Positions 46,275-55,683 of a stretch of DNA of 64,000 bases are shown one piece after another (position 1 is the stretch's first letter; every line of letters starts with the position of its first letter). The stretch spans positions 22,431 through 86,430 of IMG/VR virus record IMGVR_UViG_3300020444_000002; one strand, given 5' to 3'. The DNA comes from a virus. The notes under the pieces were generated by a model, which had not been told where the DNA came from, did no database searches, and saw nothing but the letters and a program-made list of their open reading frames with translations. A program made the translations under genes and the position numbers.

Positions 46275-47132
46275 TTATGCAATTGCTGGCGATATATCGC
46301 CCTCCTTCTTTTTTATAGCAGTACGCTCGCTGAACCAACCGTGGCAACCATCAACATTACATTGGTAACGACGATAGCGACCAGTTTTGCTAGGACGAGT
46401 TCCCTCACTATGATAATCAGATTGCAAGCAATAAGGACAAGCGAACTCAAGATTTGCGAGGCGCAACAAGCTAATCGGTGACTTGTACCAAGGGTAAAGA
46501 GTCCTAAAATCTTTAATCGTTAACCGCACATCTTGGTTGTTGTAGGTAGCCATCTTTTTTGCGTGCTTAACGCCTTCCTCACCACCAGATATGATTGGGA
46601 ACCAATGCTCTGAGTGATTAGACGTTTCTTTTTCACCATGACCAAGGAACTCGCTAAGGTAGTTCAACGAGTAACTCGGTAACCTCATTACCTGCTTAGC
46701 TATAATCTTGGTATCTAGTTGCAAGTGTGGAACCACTGGCTTCATCTTATGCTTAATAAAAAACATGTTAGACATTTTGTCGTCAAACTGTTTTGAGTTA
46801 TGACCAAGTGTCACATCTGCACCTGAGAATAATTCGTATAGTTCGCCGACCAGCAGGCGATCATCCTTCGGATTAACAGAATATGTATCAGTTTTTGCTA
46901 TAGTACGACACTTAATGCTGGGTGTATATTCTGGGTCTGCGATTCTTGTAACATCAACCCAAGCGTATGAAAATGAGAGCAATATCGGCTGCTCTATCAC
47001 CCTATGGACATGTGTGTCCCAAATCCCATAACTATAACCAAGTAGCCCCGTACACTCTATATCGTATGCAAGCACCATTGGCTTCCTAATAGGGACTGTG
47101 TTCATACTATAATCTGATTCATTTTTGTCCAT
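46275..47132 (-). CDS. RNase H-fold 3'-5' exonuclease with C-terminal zinc ribbon
   Basis: YDIE, HN.KQFD, YN.QDV, CPYC...C. Confidence 0.8.
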   Translation of the reverse strand: MDKNESDYSMNTVPIRKPMVLAYDIECTGLLGYSYGIWDTHVHRVIEQPILLSFSYAWVDVTRIADPEYTPSIKCRTIAKTDTYSVNPKDDRLLVGELYELFSGADVTLGHNSKQFDDKMSNMFFIKHKMKPVVPHLQLDTKIIAKQVMRLPSYSLNYLSEFLGHGEKETSNHSEHWFPIISGGEEGVKHAKKMATYNNQDVRLTIKDFRTLYPWYKSPISLLRLANLEFACPYCLQSDYHSEGTRPSKTGRYRRYQCNVDGCHGWFSERTAIKKKEGDISPAIA

Positions 47133-47194
47133 TTTTGTGTTTCCTATGTTATGACCTCAATTATAGGCCTTTTTGTTGCAAAATGCAAGTGCTT

Positions 47195-47345
47195 TTTCTT
47201 TTACTTCTACTTTTACTTCTACTTTAACTTCTACTTCTACTTTATGCATAGAAACCCTTACTCTAACCTCTGTTATTTTGACCAATAGAGTAAGAGTTAC
47301 AAACGGCATAACTATGACGTTGTTAGAAGCTAACTATGACGCTAC
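47195..47345. repeat. Candidate replication origin: tandem TACTTC/TACTTT repeats plus inverted repeat
   Basis: Hexamer-based repeat run 47200-47243; inverted repeat AACCCTTACTCTA/TAGAGTAAGAGTT; AACTATGAC twice; at the strand switch before the initiator. Confidence 0.5.
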
Positions 47346-47491
47346 TGCAATGCAATTACGACGCTAAATCCATGTTATAGTGTTAACGCTTAAATGTCAA
47401 CAATTTTGCTGAACATTGGGCTTGTGTTTTTGCGGAAATGAGAGCATAATTTAAAAGCGTAAGGGTAAAAAATAAACAATTCGGGGGAATA

Positions 47492-48169
47492 ATGAACAAG
47501 ACAAGCTTTATAAGAAACGGTTTTTGGACGTCAGATGAATATGTTAGTCTACATTTGGACACCAAGATACTATACATATATTTGCTTTCTTGCCCAGATA
47601 GAGAGTACTTAAATGTCTTTAAGTTTAACAGGCTATTTGCGACCCACTGTACTGGCATATCAAAAGCTTCTGTAGATGCCGGTGTTGAGCAATTAGAGGA
47701 AATTGGCTACATAGAGACATATAACGGTTATGTGAAATTACTAAAAGGCGACGCTGTCATGCTTGGTGGTCGGTACAACAAGATAAATAGTGACCGCGAG
47801 TTAGAAAGAATGCCTGTTGATGTTCGTGAGCATTTCGAACTTGATTCAGAAGATATAATAGTAGTAGAGAAAACAAAAAAGACACCCAAAAAAACTGGAC
47901 CGAAACCGGAAACGGTCAAGGAGATAATAGCTAGGCAACCTGAAGAATTGCGTGGCCCTCTTCAGGACTTTGTAGAAGATAGGATAGAACGTAAAAAAGC
48001 CCCCACGACCCGTGCTGTAAAGGGCTGGATTGACAGGCTACAGACTATGTACCCAAATGACTACAAGAAACAGTCTCTCAGTCTACAACAATCTATTGAC
48101 CGTGGCTGGCTTGGTCTGTTTGAAGTTCATGAAGATAAACAAAAGACAAATAGTGGAGGTTTTTTGTGA
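47492..48169 (+). CDS. Phage replication initiator (wHTH, replisome-organiser type)
   Basis: FW.......L....K.LY.YLL N-terminus; F...R...K.P and QSI..GW.GLF C-terminal domain; upstream of helicase. Confidence 0.75.
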   Translation: MNKTSFIRNGFWTSDEYVSLHLDTKILYIYLLSCPDREYLNVFKFNRLFATHCTGISKASVDAGVEQLEEIGYIETYNGYVKLLKGDAVMLGGRYNKINSDRELERMPVDVREHFELDSEDIIVVEKTKKTPKKTGPKPETVKEIIARQPEELRGPLQDFVEDRIERKKAPTTRAVKGWIDRLQTMYPNDYKKQSLSLQQSIDRGWLGLFEVHEDKQKTNSGGFL

Positions 48170-48446
48170 CAGATTTTGTTTCAGAACCAGAGTGGCGTTT
48201 TTGGTTAGGTGATATGCCCATGCCGAAGGACGCCACACCTGAAATGTTAGATGCGGCTCGTCAGGTGGTAGAAAATATGGAAAAGCAAGATGAGGCGGCA
48301 GAAAATATAGCATATTTCATGGAGTCGTTAAGACACTACGAAGGTAAATTAGAGGAAGCTAAAAAGGAGGGACAACCAACAGAGACACTTGAGAGTATTA
48401 TAAGAACCGAAAACGAAATAATAGACACCTATAGGAGCTGGTTGGT

Positions 48447-49370
48447 ATGACAAGAAAAATAGACTGGAGACAGAAACAGGTCAATCGAATGATTGAAGGT
48501 TTTTCTGAAATGGATGAAGAGCAGCAGAACAAAGTAATGGATGCAATTAAGTATAATTATGCTCTCCAAGCTGCAAAAGAAGTAGGGATGACAAAGACAG
48601 TTTCTTTTGGTGATCTATACCAAGAAGCAATAGAAAGGCAGAAATTTTTTAACAAGTATGAAGGCATAGGTAGCGGTTTGCCATATTTTGACGAGGCAAC
48701 AATGGGGTTGAGACCGGGGGAAGTTACCGTCATTGCTGGACCAAGCTCAGCAGGTAAGACAATGGTAGCTATGAATATTGTTGCTAATATTGTTGTAAAG
48801 ACGCTTAAAAAAGCCATAATGATTACTATGGAAATGCGCGACGGCGAGGTTGCTAGTCGCTTGTACAATATGGCAGATGAAGAAAACCACGAAATACTAA
48901 AAACAAACTTTTTAGTACAGACAGAACTATCTGTCTCTGCCGAACATGTCAAAGCTATCGTTAAACGCGATAAGCCAGATATTCTAATTATCGACCACCT
49001 CGGCTTCCTCGCTAAACAGGAGAGCGGGCAAGACCTAAAGACCCGCATTGACAATGCAATTGCAAAAGTTAAACGATTAGCGATTAATGAAAACATACCT
49101 ATAATCTTAATATCGCATGTTGCAAAAACCCGCTCCGGTGAAGAGGGGGAAGCTAACGCGCAAGACCTAATGGGTTCGGCTGGTATTGAACAAGACTCTG
49201 ATATTGTGATAATGATAAACCGTAAAAAAGACCAAATGAACCCAGAGGGAAGGGAATTTATGGCGACGCTAGAGAAGCATAGGACGAAAGACCCAAGTAT
49301 TAAATTCCAAAAGGCTACCCTATTAATGAAAGGTGTGCGTACTGATGGCAATTACACCGTGTCTTCTTGA
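48447..49370 (+). CDS. DnaB-like replicative helicase
   Basis: GPSSAGKT, TMEM, IIDHL, GSAGIEQDSD, KHR. Confidence 0.92.
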   Translation: MTRKIDWRQKQVNRMIEGFSEMDEEQQNKVMDAIKYNYALQAAKEVGMTKTVSFGDLYQEAIERQKFFNKYEGIGSGLPYFDEATMGLRPGEVTVIAGPSSAGKTMVAMNIVANIVVKTLKKAIMITMEMRDGEVASRLYNMADEENHEILKTNFLVQTELSVSAEHVKAIVKRDKPDILIIDHLGFLAKQESGQDLKTRIDNAIAKVKRLAINENIPIILISHVAKTRSGEEGEANAQDLMGSAGIEQDSDIVIMINRKKDQMNPEGREFMATLEKHRTKDPSIKFQKATLLMKGVRTDGNYTVSS

Positions 49371-49595
49371 GCATATAACCCTAATAGAAGTTACTAATGG
49401 TGTGAAATATACGGGTCCGGTAAACATAGAAGGGCTACAGGCCAACTCTTCTCAGGGTGAAACAAGTACAAGGCGGGATGAGCGTTACTATTTCTGTGCC
49501 AACTGTTTAAAGAAATTCGACGGCGAAGAAACATTTGATGAGTGCAAGAAGCATCTCGGCACCTTCCCAATTTGATTATGCTATCATGTTGTTAG

Positions 49596-49955
49596 ATGGA
49601 ACTAACAACGAGCGGGACTACACCCTCAAAAAAGAACAGCCGCATAAATACCCGTAGTGGTAGGAGCTTCCCAAGCAAGAGATTTACCGCTTGGGAATCT
49701 ACTGCCGTGCCAGAACTCAAAAAGCAGTTCAGTGGCTTTCGTGTCACCGATTACCCTATAGCTATAGAGATGGTTTTTTATGATGGAGATTTGCGTCGTC
49801 ACGATTTAGATAATCAGTGCAGTTCAATACTTGATACTTTGGTAAAGGCAGAAATTCTGGAAGATGATGACCAGAAACATGTCAATTCAATCCGACTCAC
49901 ATATGGTGGACTCGATAGAGAAAACCCTCGTTGTGAGATTTTTCTTGATGAATAG
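49596..49955 (+). CDS. rusA: RusA Holliday-junction resolvase
   Basis: PSKKN, DLDN...SILD.L......DD. Confidence 0.88.
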   Translation: MELTTSGTTPSKKNSRINTRSGRSFPSKRFTAWESTAVPELKKQFSGFRVTDYPIAIEMVFYDGDLRRHDLDNQCSSILDTLVKAEILEDDDQKHVNSIRLTYGGLDRENPRCEIFLDE

Positions 49956-49957
49956 TA

Positions 49958-51359
49958 TTGCTTTTTATTATTAACTTTCTTATAATCAAATGTATGATTA
50001 AATCGGAAAAATTCTCTATATCAAAAAGACATTACGCCTATTTGAAGGGTTCTCTTGAAGAAAGAAAAGACCCATACGACCCAAAAAGAGATACAGCCAA
50101 ATATAGTTATTACACACTGCAAGTTTTTTACTATAAGAAAAAGAATGGTTTAATAGAAGCTTGTTTTGGCACTATTTGGAACTACGCACCACAAGGTCTC
50201 AGTGAAAAAGATTTTGTAGCTCAGTATAGTTCAGCCTATGGCTCTGACCCCTATGCCCAGTGGGGCGGTACTCATTTTCTAGGAACTAGCGTATACAAAG
50301 ATATTGTCAGATATGTCAAGGAGCTTGACCCAGTACTGAAGAAATACCCAGCTATACCTGAAGGGTATGTAGGCTGGTTCAAAAAGAAATAATAAGCTTG
50401 CGTTTTTCTGAAAAAAGGCGCATAATTGAATGCATGAGTTTGATAACCGATTTTTACAAACACAATGTTAACGGTCTCCGATTGCGTTACAAAATATTAG
50501 AATTCCTCAACCTTAAAGAGTGGGTGCGCGAGGCTCGGTATCGTAAACAAAGAATCAATCGAGGTTGGTCTGACCGTGATGCCTGGGGCGGTGGTGAACA
50601 TATAGCCGAAGTATCTGCTGGTATTCTTAGAGAACTTAACAAAGAGCAAAATATTGTAGATTGGGACTGGTATTTTAGAGAGAATGAGTGGGAGACTTTT
50701 GGTTACAAAAACCTTGATGAGGTAGCACAAGATATAGAAAATTACCTCGACTGGGAGTTACTGTCTTATTCTGAACCTTTATATAGTCAATTCGGGAGAG
50801 ACTATGAAACTCGTTGGCAGATAGAAATTCAGTTATACGAGGATTACAGGCAAGCTATGAGGTTCGTAGCAGAAAACATAGGGGCGTTGTGGTGGTAAAG
50901 GTACCAGAATTCAAAACCCTTGAAGAAGCCAAACAATTTCTTCGTGACAATTTTGAAAATGGGGCCACATGCCCATGCTGTACTCAATATGTAAAACTGT
51001 ATAAAAGAAAACTAACAAGTGGAATGGCGGTTGCTTTAATTCGGTTGTACCGCCTCTCTAAACGGCAAACGAACAAATACATACATATTACGAAACTTGG
51101 ACATTTGAATGGTGGAGAATTTGCCCAACTAGAGCGCTGGGGGCTAATTCGTCAAGATGACAATACGGACGAAAAGAAGAAGAACTCCGGGATGTGGTCA
51201 ATAACCTTGGACGGCTGCCTGTTTGTAGAAGGCTTTAAAGAAGTCCCTTCGCACGCTATGACCTACGATGGCAAAACAATAAAGTTCACTAATAAAAAAA
51301 TAAATATTAGGGCAGCACTTGGTTCAAAATTTGACTATAAAGAATTGATGTCAAAATAA
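49958..51359 (+). CDS. Three hypothetical proteins (49958-50392, about 50434-50898, about 50892-51359)
   Basis: Co-oriented ORFs; starts uncertain. Confidence 0.6.
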
Positions 51360-51497
51360 AGAGCCGCGACCGAAGTCACGGCTTCTTTGAGTAGGTAACA
51401 AGCTGGATGCTTTCCAGTGTTCCACCCCTTAAAGAGGGGTTAACATCTATTGCTGCGAGCGACTCGGCTCGCGCCACTCCTAGTGGCATACCCTCAT
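51360..51497 (-). ncRNA. Candidate multi-hairpin small RNA downstream of tmRNA
   Basis: Outer stem TGAG.GTA/TAC..CTCA; hairpins GCCAC/GTGGC, GCGAGC/GCTCGC, ACCCCT/AGGGGT, CTGGA/TCCAG; followed by terminator hairpin. Confidence 0.6.
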
Positions 51498-51516
51498 TAT
51501 ACTATAAATAATCTCT

Positions 51517-51855
51517 TGGTGGAGATGGAGGGAACTGCCCCCTCGTGTCCTGAACGCACAACTAGATTTCTGTTACAAGCTTATCCAGTTACTACTGGCA
51601 AAAGAAAGAGTGTGACACCACCAAGCCTTTTTTAGGCTAAAAGGCTAAACCGTCCCCTGCGGAACCACCTAGTCATACGGGCTAGGACGTTCGCGTGATT
51701 AAACCAGTGCGAAGGCTGGTGCAGGCGCAAACAGTTTTTTAATCTGTGCGACTACCGAGTTGAATGCTTTTGCATTTATAATGAAACTTTTAAGTTAGTC
51801 AAACTACTTGCTTACTAGTCGTTAAAATTCAAGGTCGAAATCTATATTCATCCCC
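51517..51855 (-). ncRNA. ssrA: tmRNA
   Basis: 5' GGGGATG...TTCGAC, 3' CATCTCCACCA with G3:U70; ATAAAT-GCA resume site; tag AKAFNSVVAQIKKLFAPAPAFALV*; own TTGACC/TATAAT promoter. Confidence 0.93.
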
Positions 51856-52137
51856 ATTACTTATATTATACACAAATACAAAAATACGGTCAATAAAAAG
51901 CTTGCGTTTTTAACAAAAAAGGACTATAATTAAAAGTGACAAAAACAAAGAGAGGGTACGAAAAAAACACAAATAAAAATGGGAGCGTAGCCCTCCACGT
52001 TGCGCTCCCTAAAACAAACTTATTAACGAAAGGAAATAAATGAAGTTTTACGAAGATAGCAAGTCAACTCGCGCTCTAACAACAACTCTCGCTATCTTAG
52101 CTAGTATTGGGGTTATCGTATTGGCGGTATTTAAATA

Positions 52138-52704
52138 ATGACACCTTGGTACGCAACACAAAAAGCAATTAATGTGTATATAATTGCTGGAATCGTATTT
52201 GTCCTACTGCTAGTTATTACAAGTACGCTCGGCGGGGTCAACAACACTTATGTTGCAAAGACCCAGAATGTCGCTACGAGTAAGTCAAATATTAGCAAGG
52301 AAGAACAACGTCGCGTTGACCTGTTTAACAACGTGGCAGACGCTGTGCAAAGCTACAACAAATTTGAAGCAAGCGTATTCGAGAAAATAACGCAAGCTAG
52401 GAGCCAAGCGGCAAAGGGCAATGTTGACGAAGCTATGCTAAACATACAAGCTGTTGTCGAGGCCTACCCCCAGCTAAAAAGCCAGTCTAATTATGATAAA
52501 GCTATCACGGAATTTTCTATTACTGAAAACCGCATAGCTGGCTATAGGGAGCAATACAATAACGACGTACGCGACTTTAATAATTACGTCCAGAGCTTCC
52601 CGGCGTTTATGTTTCTTGCGATTCTCGGTAAGGACACAGAACAGAAAGAATACCTCGACTACAAAGTAGATAATTCAGAGGCTAGAAACCTATTCGACAA
52701 CTAA
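52138..52704 (+). CDS. lemA: LemA family membrane protein
   Basis: TM segment, QRR.DL..N, VEAYPQLK, TENRI...R..YN..V..FN....FP. Confidence 0.92.
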   Translation: MTPWYATQKAINVYIIAGIVFVLLLVITSTLGGVNNTYVAKTQNVATSKSNISKEEQRRVDLFNNVADAVQSYNKFEASVFEKITQARSQAAKGNVDEAMLNIQAVVEAYPQLKSQSNYDKAITEFSITENRIAGYREQYNNDVRDFNNYVQSFPAFMFLAILGKDTEQKEYLDYKVDNSEARNLFDN

Positions 52705-52705
52705 T

Positions 52706-53515
52706 ATGAACGACCCAAAACGCATCCTAGTAGTATTCCTCATTTTTGTAGTGATATTACTAGGCGTTTTGGGTGTTAAAGACTTTTTTGAAAGCGAAGG
52801 TTATAAAACTCAAGTAAGGTATACCACCGCTATAAAGATTGAAGATGGTGAACACTTTAACCACGCGGTAGATACACAACAAGGCAACCTATTAACAAAT
52901 GGTGTCATATCGACAGAGAAAAAACATCTCGTTCATTTTGACGAAATGACTAAATCGTTCACTTATGTAAAAAGGACGAAGGAACATTATACTCGACATG
53001 AAAGCTGTTCAACAGACAGCAACGGCAACAGAAGCTGTACAGTATACTATTCTTGGGATGCGGTACACAGCGACAGAATTGAAGCTAAAACCGTAACGCT
53101 GTACGGCCGTGAGTATAATGGCAACCTGTTTAATTTTAACAACTTTCTATCTAAAACGAAATGCGACGGCATGACTAAAGATAGGACAGACCGCAGTTTA
53201 TTCGGCGGAAAACGTGGGTGTAGAGGAACTTACTACTACCTAGACAGTAATGACAGGTACGCATATTATACGGTCCCACAAACGATTGAAACCACCTTTC
53301 TTGCTAGCAGCGCTGGTGGTGGCCTGAATCCTGTAAAAGAAAACAAAATAACCCTAGAGAATAAGACAATACCACAAGTTATACATGACATAGGCCAATA
53401 TAAGATAGTTATATTTTGGGTGTTTACTGTAATAATATTCCTATTATCGTGTGGCGCTATTTGGCTAGCATACTATTGGGTATTCGAGGATGGGAGATGG
53501 AGCTTGCATGACTGA
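52706..53515 (+). CDS. Two-TM membrane protein with extracellular domain
   Basis: N- and C-terminal TM helices; follows lemA. Confidence 0.65.
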   Translation: MNDPKRILVVFLIFVVILLGVLGVKDFFESEGYKTQVRYTTAIKIEDGEHFNHAVDTQQGNLLTNGVISTEKKHLVHFDEMTKSFTYVKRTKEHYTRHESCSTDSNGNRSCTVYYSWDAVHSDRIEAKTVTLYGREYNGNLFNFNNFLSKTKCDGMTKDRTDRSLFGGKRGCRGTYYYLDSNDRYAYYTVPQTIETTFLASSAGGGLNPVKENKITLENKTIPQVIHDIGQYKIVIFWVFTVIIFLLSCGAIWLAYYWVFEDGRWSLHD

Positions 53516-53653
53516 GGAAAAACGGACTGTCAAGACAATTGTTGTGCGCGGGCAGAAAGTAACAATATATTATTACGAGCTGTTCCTTGATTTGTATAAG
53601 GAGTGGCGAGCTAAGGGCATGTCACAAGAAGAAATAGAGGATTTAATATTGGG

Positions 53654-53950
53654 ATGAATTATATAGACGAGGTTAAAGAAGAGCTGTTAAAACATTGCAA
53701 AATTGGCAAGGGTCTACAAAATGTATACGCACTACTTGTACTGGTCAAGGGAGAGGAAACTACCCTAGAAGATGTACACGACGCATGGGCTGTAAATATA
53801 AATCAGACCTGGGACTTTGCTAAATACGGCAACCACCGTTCATTAATAGCGTTTGATTACCTCACAGAGGAGGTGCAACAAAAAGACCAACACTACGTTG
53901 ACGCCATCCATGCAACTGCTCGTGCTTTGAGAACCAAAAAAGACCGCTAG
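53654..53950 (+). CDS. Conserved phage hypothetical protein
   Basis: YALLVL.KG..TT.EDVHDAW...QQKD..Y. Confidence 0.6.
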   Translation: MNYIDEVKEELLKHCKIGKGLQNVYALLVLVKGEETTLEDVHDAWAVNINQTWDFAKYGNHRSLIAFDYLTEEVQQKDQHYVDAIHATARALRTKKDR

Positions 53951-54045
53951 CTATGCGGTCTACAACTGCGATGTTATGCTCGTTCCTGAGCCTGGACCAA
54001 CATGCTTGGTCTGGAACCGCAGCGGGCAGTTTTTCTTTATATTCT
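53936..54045 (-). ncRNA. Candidate small structured RNA
   Basis: Perfect TTGACA-N17-TATAAT promoter (54048-54076) with no ORF; stems CTGCG/CGCAG, GTTCC/GGAAC, GACCAA/TTGGTC; terminator AGACCGC/GCGGTCT. Confidence 0.6.
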
Positions 54046-54079
54046 TATTATAGTCTTTAGATTTTAATGTGTCAACACT

Positions 54080-54156
54080 TGGCTCGGAAGGTTGGATTTG
54101 AACCAACAACATCCAGCTTCAAAGGCTGGCGACTCTACCAGTTGGTCTACTTCCGA
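54080..54156 (-). tRNA. tRNA-Gln(TTG)
   Basis: CCAGC-CT-TTG-AA-GCTGG; CCA end. Confidence 0.93.
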
Positions 54157-54176
54157 ATATTTGGCGGAAGTCGGAA

Positions 54177-54566
54177 TCAATTCTTCCGACTAGCGTACTT
54201 TTTGCGACGACTATCACTGTAGACCGTTTTACACACCTCACAGCGACAACCTATACGATACCCAGAGGTTCCATGTGTAAACTTACCTTTATTATGTGGT
54301 ATAGCGCCTAAATATCTTTTAGCGGCGCTATTACAGGAGCGGTGGCTGTACGATATATTGTTTATATCAAAATAGAGTAGCACGGGGTTGGGGCTGTCAA
54401 TCCATGGAATAATATGTTCTATAGAAAATGTTTCCCTCGTCATATCTTCATTACAGCGATAGCATTTTATATCTGCGTTTTTAACGAACTCGTATAATAA
54501 ATCTTTTACTAATCTGCCATTAGCAGTGCTTGGGTTCATACCCAATTGTTCTTTCATTTTGTCCAT
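54177..54566 (-). CDS. HNH endonuclease inserted at tRNA-Ser 3' end
   Basis: CYRC...SIEHIIPW...N...SH..CN; paralogue of 62769-63134. Confidence 0.85.
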   Translation of the reverse strand: MDKMKEQLGMNPSTANGRLVKDLLYEFVKNADIKCYRCNEDMTRETFSIEHIIPWIDSPNPVLLYFDINNISYSHRSCNSAAKRYLGAIPHNKGKFTHGTSGYRIGCRCEVCKTVYSDSRRKKYASRKN

Positions 54567-54637
54567 AACAATCCTTTGATGTTTATTTTTGGCTTCTAAG
54601 GACAATTATAACGTAACTCGTTTTTTTGAAATAATTT

Positions 54638-54720
54638 CGGAAGTCGGTGTACTCGAAACACAATGCTCTCACATCACACATCTTAGCAGGATGGTCTAGC
54701 TCCTCGCTAGTTCAGCTTCC
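54638..54720 (-). tRNA. tRNA-Ser(GCT), no encoded CCA
   Basis: CATC-CT-GCT-AA-GATG, long variable arm; last 10 nt duplicated with CCA at 54162-54174. Confidence 0.8.
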
Positions 54721-54723
54721 ATT

Positions 54724-54798
54724 TGGCTCGGAAGGTAGGACTTGAACCTACAACCTTCTGATTCAGAGTCAGACGCCCCACCATTAGGCCACTTCCGA
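54724..54798 (-). tRNA. tRNA-Gln(CTG)
   Basis: TCTGA-CT-CTG-AA-TCAGA; CCA. Confidence 0.93.
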
Positions 54799-54804
54799 TT
54801 ATCT

Positions 54805-54880
54805 TGGGGTGACCGACGAGTGTCGCACTCGCCTCTCCGACTTCACAGGTCGGCGCTTTCACTGGTAAGCTACGGCCAAC
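54805..54880 (-). tRNA. tRNA-His(GTG)
   Basis: CCGAC-CT-GTG-AA-GTCGG; G-1/C73; atypical T-loop TGCGACA. Confidence 0.88.
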
Positions 54881-55024
54881 ATATCTTTTCTGGTTTTTCT
54901 TTTACGTCTATCATAACCAAGCCCACAGACGATACAGTTTACCTCACAACGGTACTTCTTTGTATGTTTTTTATTTAGCGCGAGTATCTTTTTAAATCTT
55001 TTTTTCACTGATACCCTTTCTTTT

Positions 55025-55111
55025 TGGCGGAAGACGAGGGACTCGAACCCTCAAGGGCTATTAACCCCAGCCGCTTTCAAGGCGGTGTCCTCATCCAGCC
55101 GGATATCTTCC
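55025..55111 (-). tRNA. tRNA-Ser(TGA)
   Basis: CCGC-CT-TGA-AA-GCGG, long variable arm, GCCA end. Confidence 0.93.
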
Positions 55112-55123
55112 GTGTTATTAATG

Positions 55124-55207
55124 TGGTGGCGTCAGATGGATTCGAACCATCAGTCCTTACGGACAGGAGGTTTAAGCTCCCTGCGTGAACCGTTTCGCCA
55201 TGACGCC
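55124..55207 (-). tRNA. tRNA-Leu(TAA)
   Basis: GGGAG-CT-TAA-AC-CTCCT; ACCA. Confidence 0.93.
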
Positions 55208-55253
55208 AAAAATGGTGGCTAAGGAGGGAGTCGAACCCTCAATCCTTGCGGCA

Positions 55254-55535
55254 CTAGTTTCTTTTTCTCTTGTGCCAGCCCCTAGAAGCGGAACGTATGG
55301 CGTGACAATTCGCACATACCACTTCACACTTCGCTATCTCGGCTTCTATCTTTTCCCAAGAGTTAAAACACATCGAAGCAACAGTGTTGAGTTTGACAAA
55401 TCCTGGAAGATGGTCAAACTCTAGGGCAACTGAGTTCTTGTTATACCCGCAATCGGCACAACCCCTATCTATCTTGATTTGGGCAATACGTTCTCGGTTA
55501 CGTTCGGCTCTCAGTTTTTCTTTTAGGCTTATCAT
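55254..55535 (-). CDS. Small HNH endonuclease
   Basis: GC.DCG.....ALEFDH...EIAKCEVVCANCH..R; stop codon lies in the 3' tRNA half. Confidence 0.88.
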   Translation of the reverse strand: MISLKEKLRAERNRERIAQIKIDRGCADCGYNKNSVALEFDHLPGFVKLNTVASMCFNSWEKIEAEIAKCEVVCANCHAIRSASRGWHKRKRN

Positions 55536-55683
55536 GTTTTTTCTTTTGGTGGCGCTACTCAGACTCGAACTGAGATGAGCTTTCGCTCGCTTGCTTCTAA
55601 GGCAAGTGGGTCTACCAATTCCCCCATAACGCCACATTTTTAGGTTACTATTCCAATTATAACCTTTTCCGCTTTTTGTCAAG
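55263..55683 (-). mobile_element. 421-bp cassette: promoter + intact tRNA-Leu(TAG) + HNH gene
   Basis: Lies exactly between the two tRNA halves. Confidence 0.8.
55547..55633 (-). tRNA. tRNA-Leu(TAG) (cassette-borne)
   Basis: CTTGC-CT-TAG-AA-GCAAG; variable arm; ACCA. Confidence 0.93.

Noticed and set aside
48557-49351. 264-aa antisense ORF
   Set aside because: Shadow of the DnaB-like helicase; no motifs.
51936-52045. Possible third attenuator before the lemA operon (Lys-rich short ORF with strong hairpin)
   Set aside because: The hairpin has no U-tract and there is no codon-to-cargo match; not enough support.
55263-55683. Group I intron in tRNA-Leu (position 34/35 matches cyanobacterial tRNA-Leu introns)
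   Set aside because: The insert is fully occupied by a promoter, a tRNA and an HNH ORF; there is no room for a catalytic core and no terminal G at the simplest junction.
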